DNA of 18,146 bases from Deinococcaceae bacterium (lineage in GTDB: Bacteria; Deinococcota; Deinococci; Deinococcales; Trueperaceae). Where the stretch lies: positions 1 through 18,146 of the forward strand of contig JBDZWC010000056.1 of the NCBI GenBank assembly GCA_040256005.1, given 5' to 3'. A program made the position numbers and the translations under genes. Positions 10,402-18,146 of this stretch are shown in pieces. Each line of letters starts with the position of its first letter. Position 1 is the first letter of the stretch. Below the pieces are notes generated by a model that ran no database searches, was not told where the DNA came from, and saw only the letters and a list, made by a program, of their open reading frames with translations.

Positions 10402-11454
10402 AACGAAGACGCGATCCTGTCGTTCTCCGCTCCGCTCGTGGGCCGGAGGCGACTGATCGTCACGCCCGCGCCGGTGCTCGAGCTGGCTTACGCGTACTAC
10501 TACCTCAAGCGCCGGCTGGACCGCGACCGGGACGGTGAGCTCACCTGGGTGCGGCAGCTCCGGGAGAGCGGCGGCGCCACCGTAGACGCCGTCAGGCGGT
10601 CGTGGGAGAAGGGCGAGGTGATGGCGCTCGGCCACGAGCTGCTGCTGGCAGCTTGCAGCCTGGGCTACGCCCTGGACGGGACGCCGGACAGGTTCCTGGC
10701 GGACTTCCCCTCCCTGCCCGGCCGGGTGCTGGAGGGACTGGCTCAGATCGCCAAGGACATGGACGCGGACACCCCGGAGGAGCGCGACAAGAAGTACGCC
10801 CAGCTGGAGTCGCAGCTCGAGGGCCTGAGCCGGCCCGACGTCGCCCACGGCATCCAGGACGCCCTGACGGCGCTGTGGGGGTTCCTGCAACCGGCCTGGG
10901 AGCGCGAGGGCAGGGCGGTGAGCGAGGCCGCCGCCAGGGAGTTCGAGGCTGAGGTGGAGCTGACCGGCGACCTGCTGTCGGCGCTGCCCGAGCACCACTT
11001 CGTGCGCTTCGAGGGGGCGGCCGACTCGTTCCGGAAGGCCCAGGAAGAGGGCGGCCGGTTCGTCGTGGTCCCGCTCTTCTTCGCCTCCCAAGGCGGCTTC
11101 CACCTCGACTTCGGTGGCGTCGATTACGTGGGTTACGGGGTCCATGCCGAGAGCCTCTTCGCGCAGCAGCAGACCGAGCTGTCGGACCTGGCGGGCAAGC
11201 TCAAGGCGTTCAGCGACCCTACTCGCCTCCTCCTGATGGTGCTCATCGGCCGGCTGTCGCAGTTCCCGCTCACCGTGGGGGACCTGGCCAAACAGGTCGG
11301 TGTCAGTCAACCCACGACCAGCGGTCACCTGAAGCTCCTCAAGGAGATGGGCTTGGTCGAGGTCGCGAAGAAGGGCAACCGCTCCTACTACCACCTCGAC
11401 GAGCGTTCCGTTCGCGACGTCATAGACGAGCTGCAGCGCTCCCTGGTCGGCTGA
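10393..11454 (+). CDS. ArsR/SmtB-type winged-helix regulator with large N-terminal domain (about 353 aa)
   Basis: C-terminal KAFSDPTRLLLM...TVGDLAKQVGVSQPTTSGHLKLLKEMGLVEVAKKGNRSYY. Start is GTG 10393 (6 nt after TATCAT) or ATG 10399. Confidence 0.9.
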   Translation: MPMNEDAILSFSAPLVGRRRLIVTPAPVLELAYAYYYLKRRLDRDRDGELTWVRQLRESGGATVDAVRRSWEKGEVMALGHELLLAACSLGYALDGTPDRFLADFPSLPGRVLEGLAQIAKDMDADTPEERDKKYAQLESQLEGLSRPDVAHGIQDALTALWGFLQPAWEREGRAVSEAAAREFEAEVELTGDLLSALPEHHFVRFEGAADSFRKAQEEGGRFVVVPLFFASQGGFHLDFGGVDYVGYGVHAESLFAQQQTELSDLAGKLKAFSDPTRLLLMVLIGRLSQFPLTVGDLAKQVGVSQPTTSGHLKLLKEMGLVEVAKKGNRSYYHLDERSVRDVIDELQRSLVG

Positions 11455-11577
11455 GCCGGCCCTGGCCTGTCTGGCCTGCCGCGCCACGCGTCCGGCGGCG
11501 GTCGCGGCTAGGACGCGTCCGGCCGTCAGGGCCGCGACGGTTCGAACGCGAACCCCACCTATATCGCTCGCCACCTA

Positions 11578-11607
11578 TTGACATCTATCTCGGCAGGCTC
11601 CTATAGT
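11578..11607 (+). promoter_or_regulatory. Near-consensus sigma-A promoter
   Basis: TTGACA (11578-11583), 18 nt, TATAGT (11602-11607) in a locally AT-richer stretch. Confidence 0.85.
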
Positions 11608-11611
11608 TGTT

Positions 11612-11629
11612 CATAGGAGGTGGCCGATG
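11612..11629. promoter_or_regulatory. Putative operator over the expected TSS, SD and ATG of the small ORF
   Basis: CATAGG-AGGTGG-CCGATG; contains SD AGGAGGT at 11615-11621. Confidence 0.6.
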
Positions 11630-11743
11630 TTCTACACGGTCGAACAGCTTAGGCAGCTCACCCAAGACCGGATCGCCAGCAACGTTCGGTCGGCGAAGGC
11701 TGCCCACAGCACGCGAATCAGGCGAGACAACTACAGCCGCTGA
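11627..11743 (+). CDS. Small protein, 38 aa: MFYTVEQLRQLTQDRIASNVRSAKAAHSTRIRRDNYSR
   Basis: AGGAGGT 5 nt before ATG 11627, TGA at 11741-11743, with its own promoter and terminator. Too short for the ORF track. Confidence 0.8.
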   Translation: MFYTVEQLRQLTQDRIASNVRSAKAAHSTRIRRDNYSR

Positions 11744-11768
11744 ACACCGGCGGCAGCTACCCCAGGCC

Positions 11769-11817
11769 AGCGCGCTCCACCCCTCCTCCAACCAAGGGTG
11801 CGGCGCGCTTCTCCTTT
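11769..11817 (+). terminator. Putative intrinsic terminator after the small ORF
   Basis: AGCGCGC-TC-CACCC pairs with GGGTG-CG-GCGCGCT, followed by TCTCCTTT. Confidence 0.7.
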
Positions 11818-11871
11818 AACGGTTCATAGGTCTACACCTACGCGGCAGCGTAGGCGACTGCGGCAGCGGTG

Positions 11872-12258
11872 TCACTGCGCGCTCGTGAGGTCCGGCCTCA
11901 GGGCCCGCGCCTCCCGCAGGTATACGTGGACCATCTCGCTCTGCGAGCGACGCGTGTTGACCTGCATCATCACCCTGACGCAACGCTTGAGGCGACCCGG
12001 CACCGGGATCTCCTGGTTGCACAGCAGCGGTACCATGTTCATGCCCAGCTCCCTGGCGGCCTCCGCCGGGAAGGTGGAGGTGAGGTCAGAGGTGGTCGTG
12101 AAGAAGATCGACGCGATGACGTCGAAATCTACGACCCCGTTGGCTTCCAGCATGGCCGTGAGCAGCTCCCTCGTCGCTTCCAGCACGAGCTCGGGGACGT
12201 CCTCGGCGACCGTCGTGGCGCCACGCACACCTCTCAACCAGTAGGGCCCCTGATCCAT
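11872..12258 (-). CDS. aroH: Chorismate mutase, AroH class (128 aa)
   Basis: [60 protein letters not shown] 7 nt before ATG 12258. Confidence 0.95.
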   Translation of the reverse strand: MDQGPYWLRGVRGATTVAEDVPELVLEATRELLTAMLEANGVVDFDVIASIFFTTTSDLTSTFPAEAARELGMNMVPLLCNQEIPVPGRLKRCVRVMMQVNTRRSQSEMVHVYLREARALRPDLTSAQ

Positions 12259-12325
12259 GCGGCGGAGTGTACCAGCAGCGCGCTGTCGGCCCCGAGCGGG
12301 CCGGGCGCCGTCAATACTTAGGGCC

Positions 12326-13516
12326 ATGAGCGATGTGATCCCCGCCGAGCCGTCGTGGTTCGACCTGAGCGCAGATCAGCGTGCCCTCCTGGGGCCGCTG
12401 CGGGAGGTGCTGCGCGACGAGGTGGCGCCAGGCGCCGCCGAACGCGACGTCACGGGAGAGTTCCCACGTCAGCTCGTCGCACGCCTCGGTGAGCTGGGGC
12501 TGTTCGGGCTGCAGGTCCCGGAGCGCTACGGCGGCTCCGGGCTAGACACGCAGACGGCGGCCCTGGTGATCGAGGAGGTCGCGGCCTTCGACGGCTCCCT
12601 GGCCCTCACCGTCGCCTCCCACAACTCCCTCTGCCTCGGGCATCTGTTGACCGCGGCCGACGAGCGGCAGAAGGAAGAGTGGGTGCCAGCCCTGGCCACG
12701 GCCGAGCGGCTCGGGGCCTGGTGCCTCACCGAGCCCACGGCCGGCTCCGACGCCGCGTCTCTGCGCACACGCGCCCGCCTCGAGGGCGATCACTACGTGA
12801 TCGACGGCAGCAAGGTCTTCATCACCCAGGGCACCGTGGGCAGCACCTACGTGGTCATGGCGCGCACCTCCGAGCCCGCGGCGGGCCGCGAGCGGTCACA
12901 CGGGATAAGCGCGTTCGTCGTCGAGGGCGCGACGCCGGGGCTGATACGCGGCAAGCCCGAGAAGAAGCTCGGCCTGTCCAGCTCGGACACGACGCCACTC
13001 ACCTTCGAGGGGATGCGCGTGCCCGCCGTCGACCTGCTGGGCCCGGAGGGCGAGGCGTTCGCTGACGTGTCGCACGTGCTCACCGGCGGGCGTATCGGGA
13101 TCGGCGCCATGGGTATCGGCCTTGGCAGGGCGGCGCTGGAGGTAGCGCTCGCGTACTCGGTCGAACGCAGGCAGTTCGGCAAGCCCATCGCTAAACACCA
13201 GGCGATCTCGTTCAAGCTGGCCGAGATGGCTACGGAGCTCGAGGCGGCGCGGCTGCTGGTACGCAAGGCGGCCGCCCTGCGCGACGCCGGCCGCGAGCAC
13301 ACCGCGGCAGCCGCCATGGCGAAGCTGAAGGGCAGCGTGGCCGGCGTGGCCGCGTGTGACGCCGCTATCCAGGTGCTGGGTGGCTACGGGTACACGAAGG
13401 ACTACCCCGTGGAGCGCTTCTGGCGCGACGCACGCCTCACCCGCATCGGTGAGGGCACCGACGAGATCCAGCACCTGATCATCGCCCGCGACCTGTTGCG
13501 AGCGGCCGGCGGCTGA
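12326..13516 (+). CDS. Acyl-CoA dehydrogenase family protein (396 aa)
   Basis: [55 protein letters not shown]. Substrate cannot be determined here. Confidence 0.95.
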   Translation: MSDVIPAEPSWFDLSADQRALLGPLREVLRDEVAPGAAERDVTGEFPRQLVARLGELGLFGLQVPERYGGSGLDTQTAALVIEEVAAFDGSLALTVASHNSLCLGHLLTAADERQKEEWVPALATAERLGAWCLTEPTAGSDAASLRTRARLEGDHYVIDGSKVFITQGTVGSTYVVMARTSEPAAGRERSHGISAFVVEGATPGLIRGKPEKKLGLSSSDTTPLTFEGMRVPAVDLLGPEGEAFADVSHVLTGGRIGIGAMGIGLGRAALEVALAYSVERRQFGKPIAKHQAISFKLAEMATELEAARLLVRKAAALRDAGREHTAAAAMAKLKGSVAGVAACDAAIQVLGGYGYTKDYPVERFWRDARLTRIGEGTDEIQHLIIARDLLRAAGG

Positions 13517-13543
13517 ACCAAGCACCTGACCGCTGGGAAGGCC

Positions 13544-14587
13544 TCAGGCCGCCGCCGCCTGCCTGACCGCCCCAGCGCCGATGCTCGCGTCCAGGACCTC
13601 GTCTGGAACGGCCCTCATCGCGCGCAGCAGGAGGGCCGGCCCCGCGCCCGGCCGGTGCGCCCCCTCGGTTAGCACCCGACGCCACGTCCTCGCCCCGGCC
13701 ACGCCCTTGAGCAGGTTGAGCATGTGCTTCGTGATGGGCGCGAGGGGCGTGCCTCGGGCTGTCTCCTCGGCTGCGTAGTCGATCATCGCCTCGATGACGG
13801 CCCTGCGCGATACGCGTCGTTCGGTGCCCGACAGCGCCGGGTCCACGGCGGCCAGCAGCGTGGGGTCCTCGTAGAACGCCCGGCCGATCATGACCCCGTC
13901 CACCTGCCGCAGGTGTTGGGTCGCATCCGGGACGTCCCTCACCCCTCCGTTGAGCTCCACCCAGAGGCTCGGACGGTCGCGCTTGAGGCGGTACACCTCG
14001 CCGTACCGCAGGGGCGGGACAGAGCGGTTCTCCTTCGGTGAGAGCCCCTTGAGCCATGCTTTCCTGGCGTGAACGACGTAAGCGACGCTGACCCCGCCAG
14101 AAGAGCGCTCGACGAGGTCGACGAACCGTAGGAGGTCCTCGTAGGCGTCGGCAGAGTCGATGCCGATGCGGTGCTTGACGCTGACGGGCAGCCCGCTCTG
14201 CGCCATCGCCGCCAGGCACTCGCCGACCAGGCGGGGCTCGGCCATCAGGCAGGCGCCGAAGCTACCGCTCCTAACGCGGTCGGAGGGGCAACCCACGTTG
14301 AGGTTGACCTCCTGGAAGCCGGCCGCCGCGCCCGCTGTAGACGCCTCGAGCAGCTCGGCGGGATCCGAGCCCCCGAGCTGGAGCACGACCGCGCCCTCCT
14401 CGCGCGTGCGGGCCAGCAGCCTCTCACGCACGCCGTGCACGACCGCCTTGGCAGTGACCATCTCCGTGTACAGCAGGACGTCGCGAGACAACAGGCGAGC
14501 CAGGCGCCTGAAGTGCCTGTCGGTGAGCGCCATCATAGGCGCGACCGAGATCCTGGGCCTCGCCTCGCCGCCGCTGCGGTCGGTCAC
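13544..14587 (-). CDS. dusA: tRNA dihydrouridine(20/20a) synthase (347 aa)
   Basis: [73 protein letters not shown] 14587 overlaps the ispH TGA. Confidence 0.94.
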   Translation of the reverse strand: MTDRSGGEARPRISVAPMMALTDRHFRRLARLLSRDVLLYTEMVTAKAVVHGVRERLLARTREEGAVVLQLGGSDPAELLEASTAGAAAGFQEVNLNVGCPSDRVRSGSFGACLMAEPRLVGECLAAMAQSGLPVSVKHRIGIDSADAYEDLLRFVDLVERSSGGVSVAYVVHARKAWLKGLSPKENRSVPPLRYGEVYRLKRDRPSLWVELNGGVRDVPDATQHLRQVDGVMIGRAFYEDPTLLAAVDPALSGTERRVSRRAVIEAMIDYAAEETARGTPLAPITKHMLNLLKGVAGARTWRRVLTEGAHRPGAGPALLLRAMRAVPDEVLDASIGAGAVRQAAAA

Positions 14588-15606
14588 GCCGTGTGGGCCG
14601 GCTCGAGCCGACGGGGCTTGCGGAACTCGATGTTCTCCCACTCGCCGTCCTCGATCACCTCGAGGCCCGGGTTCCTGGCTCGGAACAACGCTACGACGTC
14701 CTGGACCAGGTCGTCCGGCGTGCTGGCGGCGGACGTCACGCCGACGGCCGTGACGCCGTCCAACCACTCCTCGCGCACGTCGGCCGCAGATTCGATGCGC
14801 CTGGCGTTGCCCGTGATGTCGTGCGCCAGCTCGACCAAGCGCATGCCGTTGGAGGACGCCGCGCTGGTGACGACGAGGAAGAGGTCCACCTGTGGGGCGA
14901 TGGCACGCACCGCGTCCTGGCGGTTCTTGGTGGCGAAACAGAGGTCGTCCGAAGGCGGCACCACCAGGTTCGGGAAGCGCTCCTTGAGCACGTCGATCGT
15001 GCGCATCGTGTCGTCGACCGACAGGGTGGTCTGGGTCAACACCACGACCCTGTCGGGATCAGGCACCTGGACGGTCTCGGGATCGGCCAGAGCCGGGTCG
15101 TGCTTCCTGTTGCCGACGACCGACACGACGGTGGTGCGGTCGGGCGCTTCACCACGCGTGCCGATGACCTCCTGATGGGTCGTCGAATCGCCGACGAGGA
15201 GTATGTGGAAGCCCTTCTCGGCGTAGCGCTTGGCCTCGTTGTGGACCTTGGTCACCAGGGGGCAGGTGGCGTCCACCGTGGCGAGCCTGAGCTCTTGGGC
15301 GCGCTGCCGGACGACTGGGCTCACGCCGTGGGCACTGAAGACGACGGTGTGACCGATGGTCCGCCCGCTCGCCTCCGCCCTCTCGCGAGCCAGGGCGAGG
15401 TCGCCCAGGTCTTCCACGAAGGTCACCCCGTGGCTGGCCTCGAGGCGCGACACGACCGTCTGGTTGTGGACGATGTCGTGATAGACCGCTATGCCGCCCT
15501 CGCCGCGCCGGGCCGCCGCTGCCGCCTCCTCCTCCACCGCCTGGATCGCCATGACGACGCCGGCGCAGAACCCGCGCGGCTTGGCGAGAAGTAGTCGCTC
15601 GATCAT
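14584..15606 (-). CDS. ispH: 4-hydroxy-3-methylbut-2-enyl diphosphate reductase
   Basis: [50 protein letters not shown]; three Fe-S cysteines present. Confidence 0.97.
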   Translation of the reverse strand: MIERLLLAKPRGFCAGVVMAIQAVEEEAAAAARRGEGGIAVYHDIVHNQTVVSRLEASHGVTFVEDLGDLALARERAEASGRTIGHTVVFSAHGVSPVVRQRAQELRLATVDATCPLVTKVHNEAKRYAEKGFHILLVGDSTTHQEVIGTRGEAPDRTTVVSVVGNRKHDPALADPETVQVPDPDRVVVLTQTTLSVDDTMRTIDVLKERFPNLVVPPSDDLCFATKNRQDAVRAIAPQVDLFLVVTSAASSNGMRLVELAHDITGNARRIESAADVREEWLDGVTAVGVTSAASTPDDLVQDVVALFRARNPGLEVIEDGEWENIEFRKPRRLEPAHTA

Positions 15607-15689
15607 GCGCCCCGATGATAACGGCGGCGCCGAGCGGTTCGGGTCTCCCTAGCCCCCGCACAGACAACCAGGGGCCGGTCGCAAGCGCC

Positions 15690-15719
15690 TTGTTCGCGCC
15701 CGACAGGGCGTGATACAGT
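15690..15719 (+). promoter_or_regulatory. Putative tRNA promoter
   Basis: TTGTTC (15690-15695), 18 nt, TACAGT (15714-15719) preceded by TG-A (extended -10). Confidence 0.6.
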
Positions 15720-15759
15720 CGCGTCTGCTGCTTCGAGCGGCAGGCATGCGAGAAGGTGG

Positions 15760-15836
15760 GGGCGATTAGCTCAGCTGGTTAGAGCGCGTCGCTGATAACG
15801 ACGAGGTCGGTGGTTCGAGTCCACCATCGCCCACCA
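15760..15836 (+). tRNA. tRNA-Ile (GAT)
   Basis: 77-nt cloverleaf: acceptor GGGCGAT/ATCGCCC, D arm GCTC/GAGC, anticodon arm CGTCG-CTGATAA-CGACG (GAT at 15794-15796), T arm GGTGG-TTCGAGT-CCACC, encoded CCA. Confidence 0.98.
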
Positions 15837-15848
15837 ACGAAAGACTTC

Positions 15849-15888
15849 GGGGCGCACACCGGATAAGCGGAGTGCGCCTCTTCCCTTT
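15849..15888 (+). terminator. Putative terminator after tRNA-Ile
   Basis: GGGGCGCAC-A-CCG pairs with CGG-A-GTGCGCCTC, followed by TTCCCTTT. Confidence 0.65.
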
Positions 15889-15951
15889 CCTCGGTGAGGT
15901 CCGCTCGTCTCGGCCCTCGTACCGGCCGAGAGGGTAATCGAGAGTCGACGG

Positions 15952-17139
15952 TCACTCGACAGCGAAGACGTCGCGCCGCGCGCCCAGGGTGAGCTCGACC
16001 CTGAAGGTTGCGCTGCCACGCTGCACGGTCAGGACGATCGTCTGCCCGATCTCCTTGTTCCTGATCTCGGCCAGCAGGTCGTAGAAGGTGGGCGTGGCGC
16101 GGCCGTCGACCGCGACGATCACGTCCGCCCTGGGCACCATCCTCACGGAGCCGTCTGGGCCCTGCAGGCGCTCCTGCGTCATGCTGCGGAGGCCCGCCTT
16201 GTCGGCCGGCCCGCCGCTCTGCACGCGATCCACGATGGGGCCCGGCCTGGCGCCGAGGTAGTAGGGCGACGCGTTGGGGTCGTAGTCGCTACCCGGCGAC
16301 CAGGTGAACCCGATGACGGGCACGTCGCGCCTATGGCCGCTGATCACCGCCTGGAACAGTTCGCCGTCGCGCACCACCGGCACGGCGTAGCTGGCGTAGG
16401 AGCTGGGGAGCCTGGTACCCCTCAGGTAGGGCGGCACCCACTCCTGCGAGGACATGGCCGACGGGTTGAAGCTGATGTAGCTGACCACGCCGACGACCTC
16501 GCCGCGCGCGTTGACGACCGGACCGCCCGAGTCACCCGGCGCGAGCGAGTTGGTCAGCTCGATCGTGCCGCTGGCGAAGTCCGCCCGACCCGCCTCCACG
16601 CCGAGCCGCGTGACCCTTCCGGCACGTGCCGCCAGGAAGTCCCCGCGGCTGTTGCCGATGGCCACGACCTCGTCACCGACGCGGGGCCTCTCGGAGGCGG
16701 CGGGCAGGTACTCCACCGGACCGTCCACGTGGGCCTGCAACGTCGCGACGTCCATGTAGATGTCGTAACCCACCAGGTCGAGAGGGTACTCGTCGTCGTT
16801 GGCGGTGACCGCCACGAGGCGACTGGGGCACGGCTGGTTCGAGTTCTGATCGACGACGTGGTACGCGGTCATCACAAGGCCGTCGGCCGACACGAAGAAA
16901 CCGGTACCGACACCGAGCACGGCACCCACCCTGCCCTCGGTACAGCGGGCCTCTATGCGCACCGCAGAATCACGTGCCGAGTGGTACGCGACCAGCAGCT
17001 CGCCCTTGGGGCCCTCGACCGGCGGGGGCCCCTGCACGTGCATGAGCTGCGGCTCCTCGCGCCGCAGCTGGGTGGCCAGGACCGCCGTCAGGGCCAGTGT
17101 GAACATGAGCAGCCAGGTGAACGGACGGGGCCCAGACAC
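15952..17139 (-). CDS. S1C (HtrA/DegP-like) serine protease with PDZ domain and hydrophobic N-terminus
   Basis: GTGFF, TAYHVV (His), DVATL (Asp), AIGN, PGDSGGP (Ser), PDZ GGPADKAGL...DVIVAVDG. TATCAT 6 nt before GTG. Confidence 0.92.
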   Translation of the reverse strand: MSGPRPFTWLLMFTLALTAVLATQLRREEPQLMHVQGPPPVEGPKGELLVAYHSARDSAVRIEARCTEGRVGAVLGVGTGFFVSADGLVMTAYHVVDQNSNQPCPSRLVAVTANDDEYPLDLVGYDIYMDVATLQAHVDGPVEYLPAASERPRVGDEVVAIGNSRGDFLAARAGRVTRLGVEAGRADFASGTIELTNSLAPGDSGGPVVNARGEVVGVVSYISFNPSAMSSQEWVPPYLRGTRLPSSYASYAVPVVRDGELFQAVISGHRRDVPVIGFTWSPGSDYDPNASPYYLGARPGPIVDRVQSGGPADKAGLRSMTQERLQGPDGSVRMVPRADVIVAVDGRATPTFYDLLAEIRNKEIGQTIVLTVQRGSATFRVELTLGARRDVFAVE

Positions 17140-17186
17140 GCCACCATGATATTTGACGCGCGCAGCTCGGCGGTATCATCGTTCGC

Positions 17187-18146
17187 ATGTCTCAGCAGCC
17201 GGACAACCGCCCCGACCCGAACTACCGCGAGAAGCTGGCCGAGGCGGCTCGTACCGCGCGCGACTGGGACGGTCCCATCGTCGTCCTCACCCACGTCGAC
17301 CCCGACGGCGATGCGATCGGCAGCTGCCTGGCTTTGACCCGCGCGCTACGGACGCTGGGCAAGGACGTCACCTTCGCGACGACACCGCCCCGCTACCTGC
17401 GCTTCCTCGCTCACGAAGGCGAGCACGTCGAGGAGATCGCCAGCCTGCCGGCCGGCGCCCTGCTCTTCGTCCTCGATGTCGCCGACAGGCCCAGGGTCGC
17501 CGGCGGCCCGGTGGAGGGCGCGGAGTTCGTGATCAACATCGACCATCACGGCACCAACGACCGCTTCGGCGACATCGCGGTGGTACAGCCGGACAAGGCC
17601 GCCACGGCGCTGCTCATCAAGGAGCTCATCGACCTGCTGGGGGTCGAGTGGACGCCCGACATCGCCACGCCGTGTCTGACCGGCCTGATCACGGACACCG
17701 GGAACTTCAGGTTCGGCAACACGAGCCGCGAGGTCCTCGAGGTCGCCGGCGAGCTGCTCGATCACGGCGTCGACTACGTCGGCCTCACCGACAGGCTGCA
17801 GTGGCGGCACCCCGATTACTTCAAGACGCTGGGGCGGGTGATGGAGACGGTCCGCTTCGAGCTGGGCGGCCTGTTGGTGTTCGCTCGCTACACGGCGGAC
17901 ATGGCGGCCGGCACGGGTCTCGACGCGGACGACTCCGACGACTTCGTGGGCCTCATCCGTTACGCCGAGGGCGTGCTGGTCGCGGCGCTCCTCAAGGAGA
18001 GGGGACCCGACGTGAAGGTGAGCGTGCGCACCAGGGGCGGCGTCTCGGCCCAGGCGATCTGCGTGGAGCTAGGGGGCGGCGGGCACGTCGCCGCGGCGGG
18101 GGCCACCCTGCGGGGTGTCGACCTGAACGAGGCCGAGAGGCGCCTG
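17187..18146 (+). CDS. nrnA: DHH/DHHA1 phosphoesterase, NrnA-type oligoribonuclease/pAp phosphatase (runs off window end)
   Basis: Manual translation MSQQPDNRPDPNY...THVDPDGDAIGS...VLDVA...NIDHHGTN...TDTGNFRF...VSVRT...GGGGHVAAAGA; open to the end. TATCAT 7 nt before ATG. Not in ORF track. Confidence 0.92.
   Translation, partial: MSQQPDNRPDPNYREKLAEAARTARDWDGPIVVLTHVDPDGDAIGSCLALTRALRTLGKDVTFATTPPRYLRFLAHEGEHVEEIASLPAGALLFVLDVADRPRVAGGPVEGAEFVINIDHHGTNDRFGDIAVVQPDKAATALLIKELIDLLGVEWTPDIATPCLTGLITDTGNFRFGNTSREVLEVAGELLDHGVDYVGLTDRLQWRHPDYFKTLGRVMETVRFELGGLLVFARYTADMAAGTGLDADDSDDFVGLIRYAEGVLVAALLKERGPDVKVSVRTRGGVSAQAICVELGGGGHVAAAGATLRGVDLNEAERRL

Noticed and set aside
11627..11743. 38-aa ORF as a type I membrane toxin or attenuator leader peptide
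   Set aside because: No hydrophobic segment, no run of regulatory codons, and no same-strand downstream gene.
11585..11819. Track ORFs 11607-11819 (+) and 11585-11791 (-)
   Set aside because: No matching initiation signals; the promoter, SD and terminator fit the 38-aa frame.
14588..14767. 60-aa N-terminal extension of DusA
   Set aside because: Lies inside ispH; the GTGA-coupled start at 14587 fits better.
15600..15617. CATCGG half-site upstream of ispH as another operator
   Set aside because: No CCnATG partner at 6-nt spacing.
15760..15951. tRNA as an integration site
   Set aside because: No integrase and no duplicated tRNA 3' end seen in the window.

Overview
High-GC chromosomal window, most likely from a Deinococcota bacterium (S7, S12 and EF-Tu N-termini resemble Thermus/Deinococcus; Trueperaceae is a guess). 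Left to right: str operon on the minus strand (rpsL with a probable CTG start, rpsG, fusA, partial tuf); a divergent, overlapping ligD-ku-ku NHEJ operon; a minus-strand operon of an in-frame Sua5/TsaC-PurE fusion plus purK; a 94-aa hypothetical gene; a large ArsR-type regulator; a small transcription unit missed by the ORF track (promoter, SD, 38-aa ORF, terminator); aroH; an acyl-CoA dehydrogenase; ispH-dusA; a stand-alone tRNA-Ile(GAT); an HtrA-like protease; and a partial NrnA. Best leads: (1) the regulator and the 38-aa ORF both carry a CATnGG-N6-CCnATG palindrome over their starts, suggesting a regulator/small-protein circuit; (2) the Sua5-PurE fusion; (3) two divergent Ku paralogues with opposite-charge tails beside a LigD that lacks the phosphoesterase domain. 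Many genes look leaderless. All calls rest on reading motifs by eye; no database search was run.
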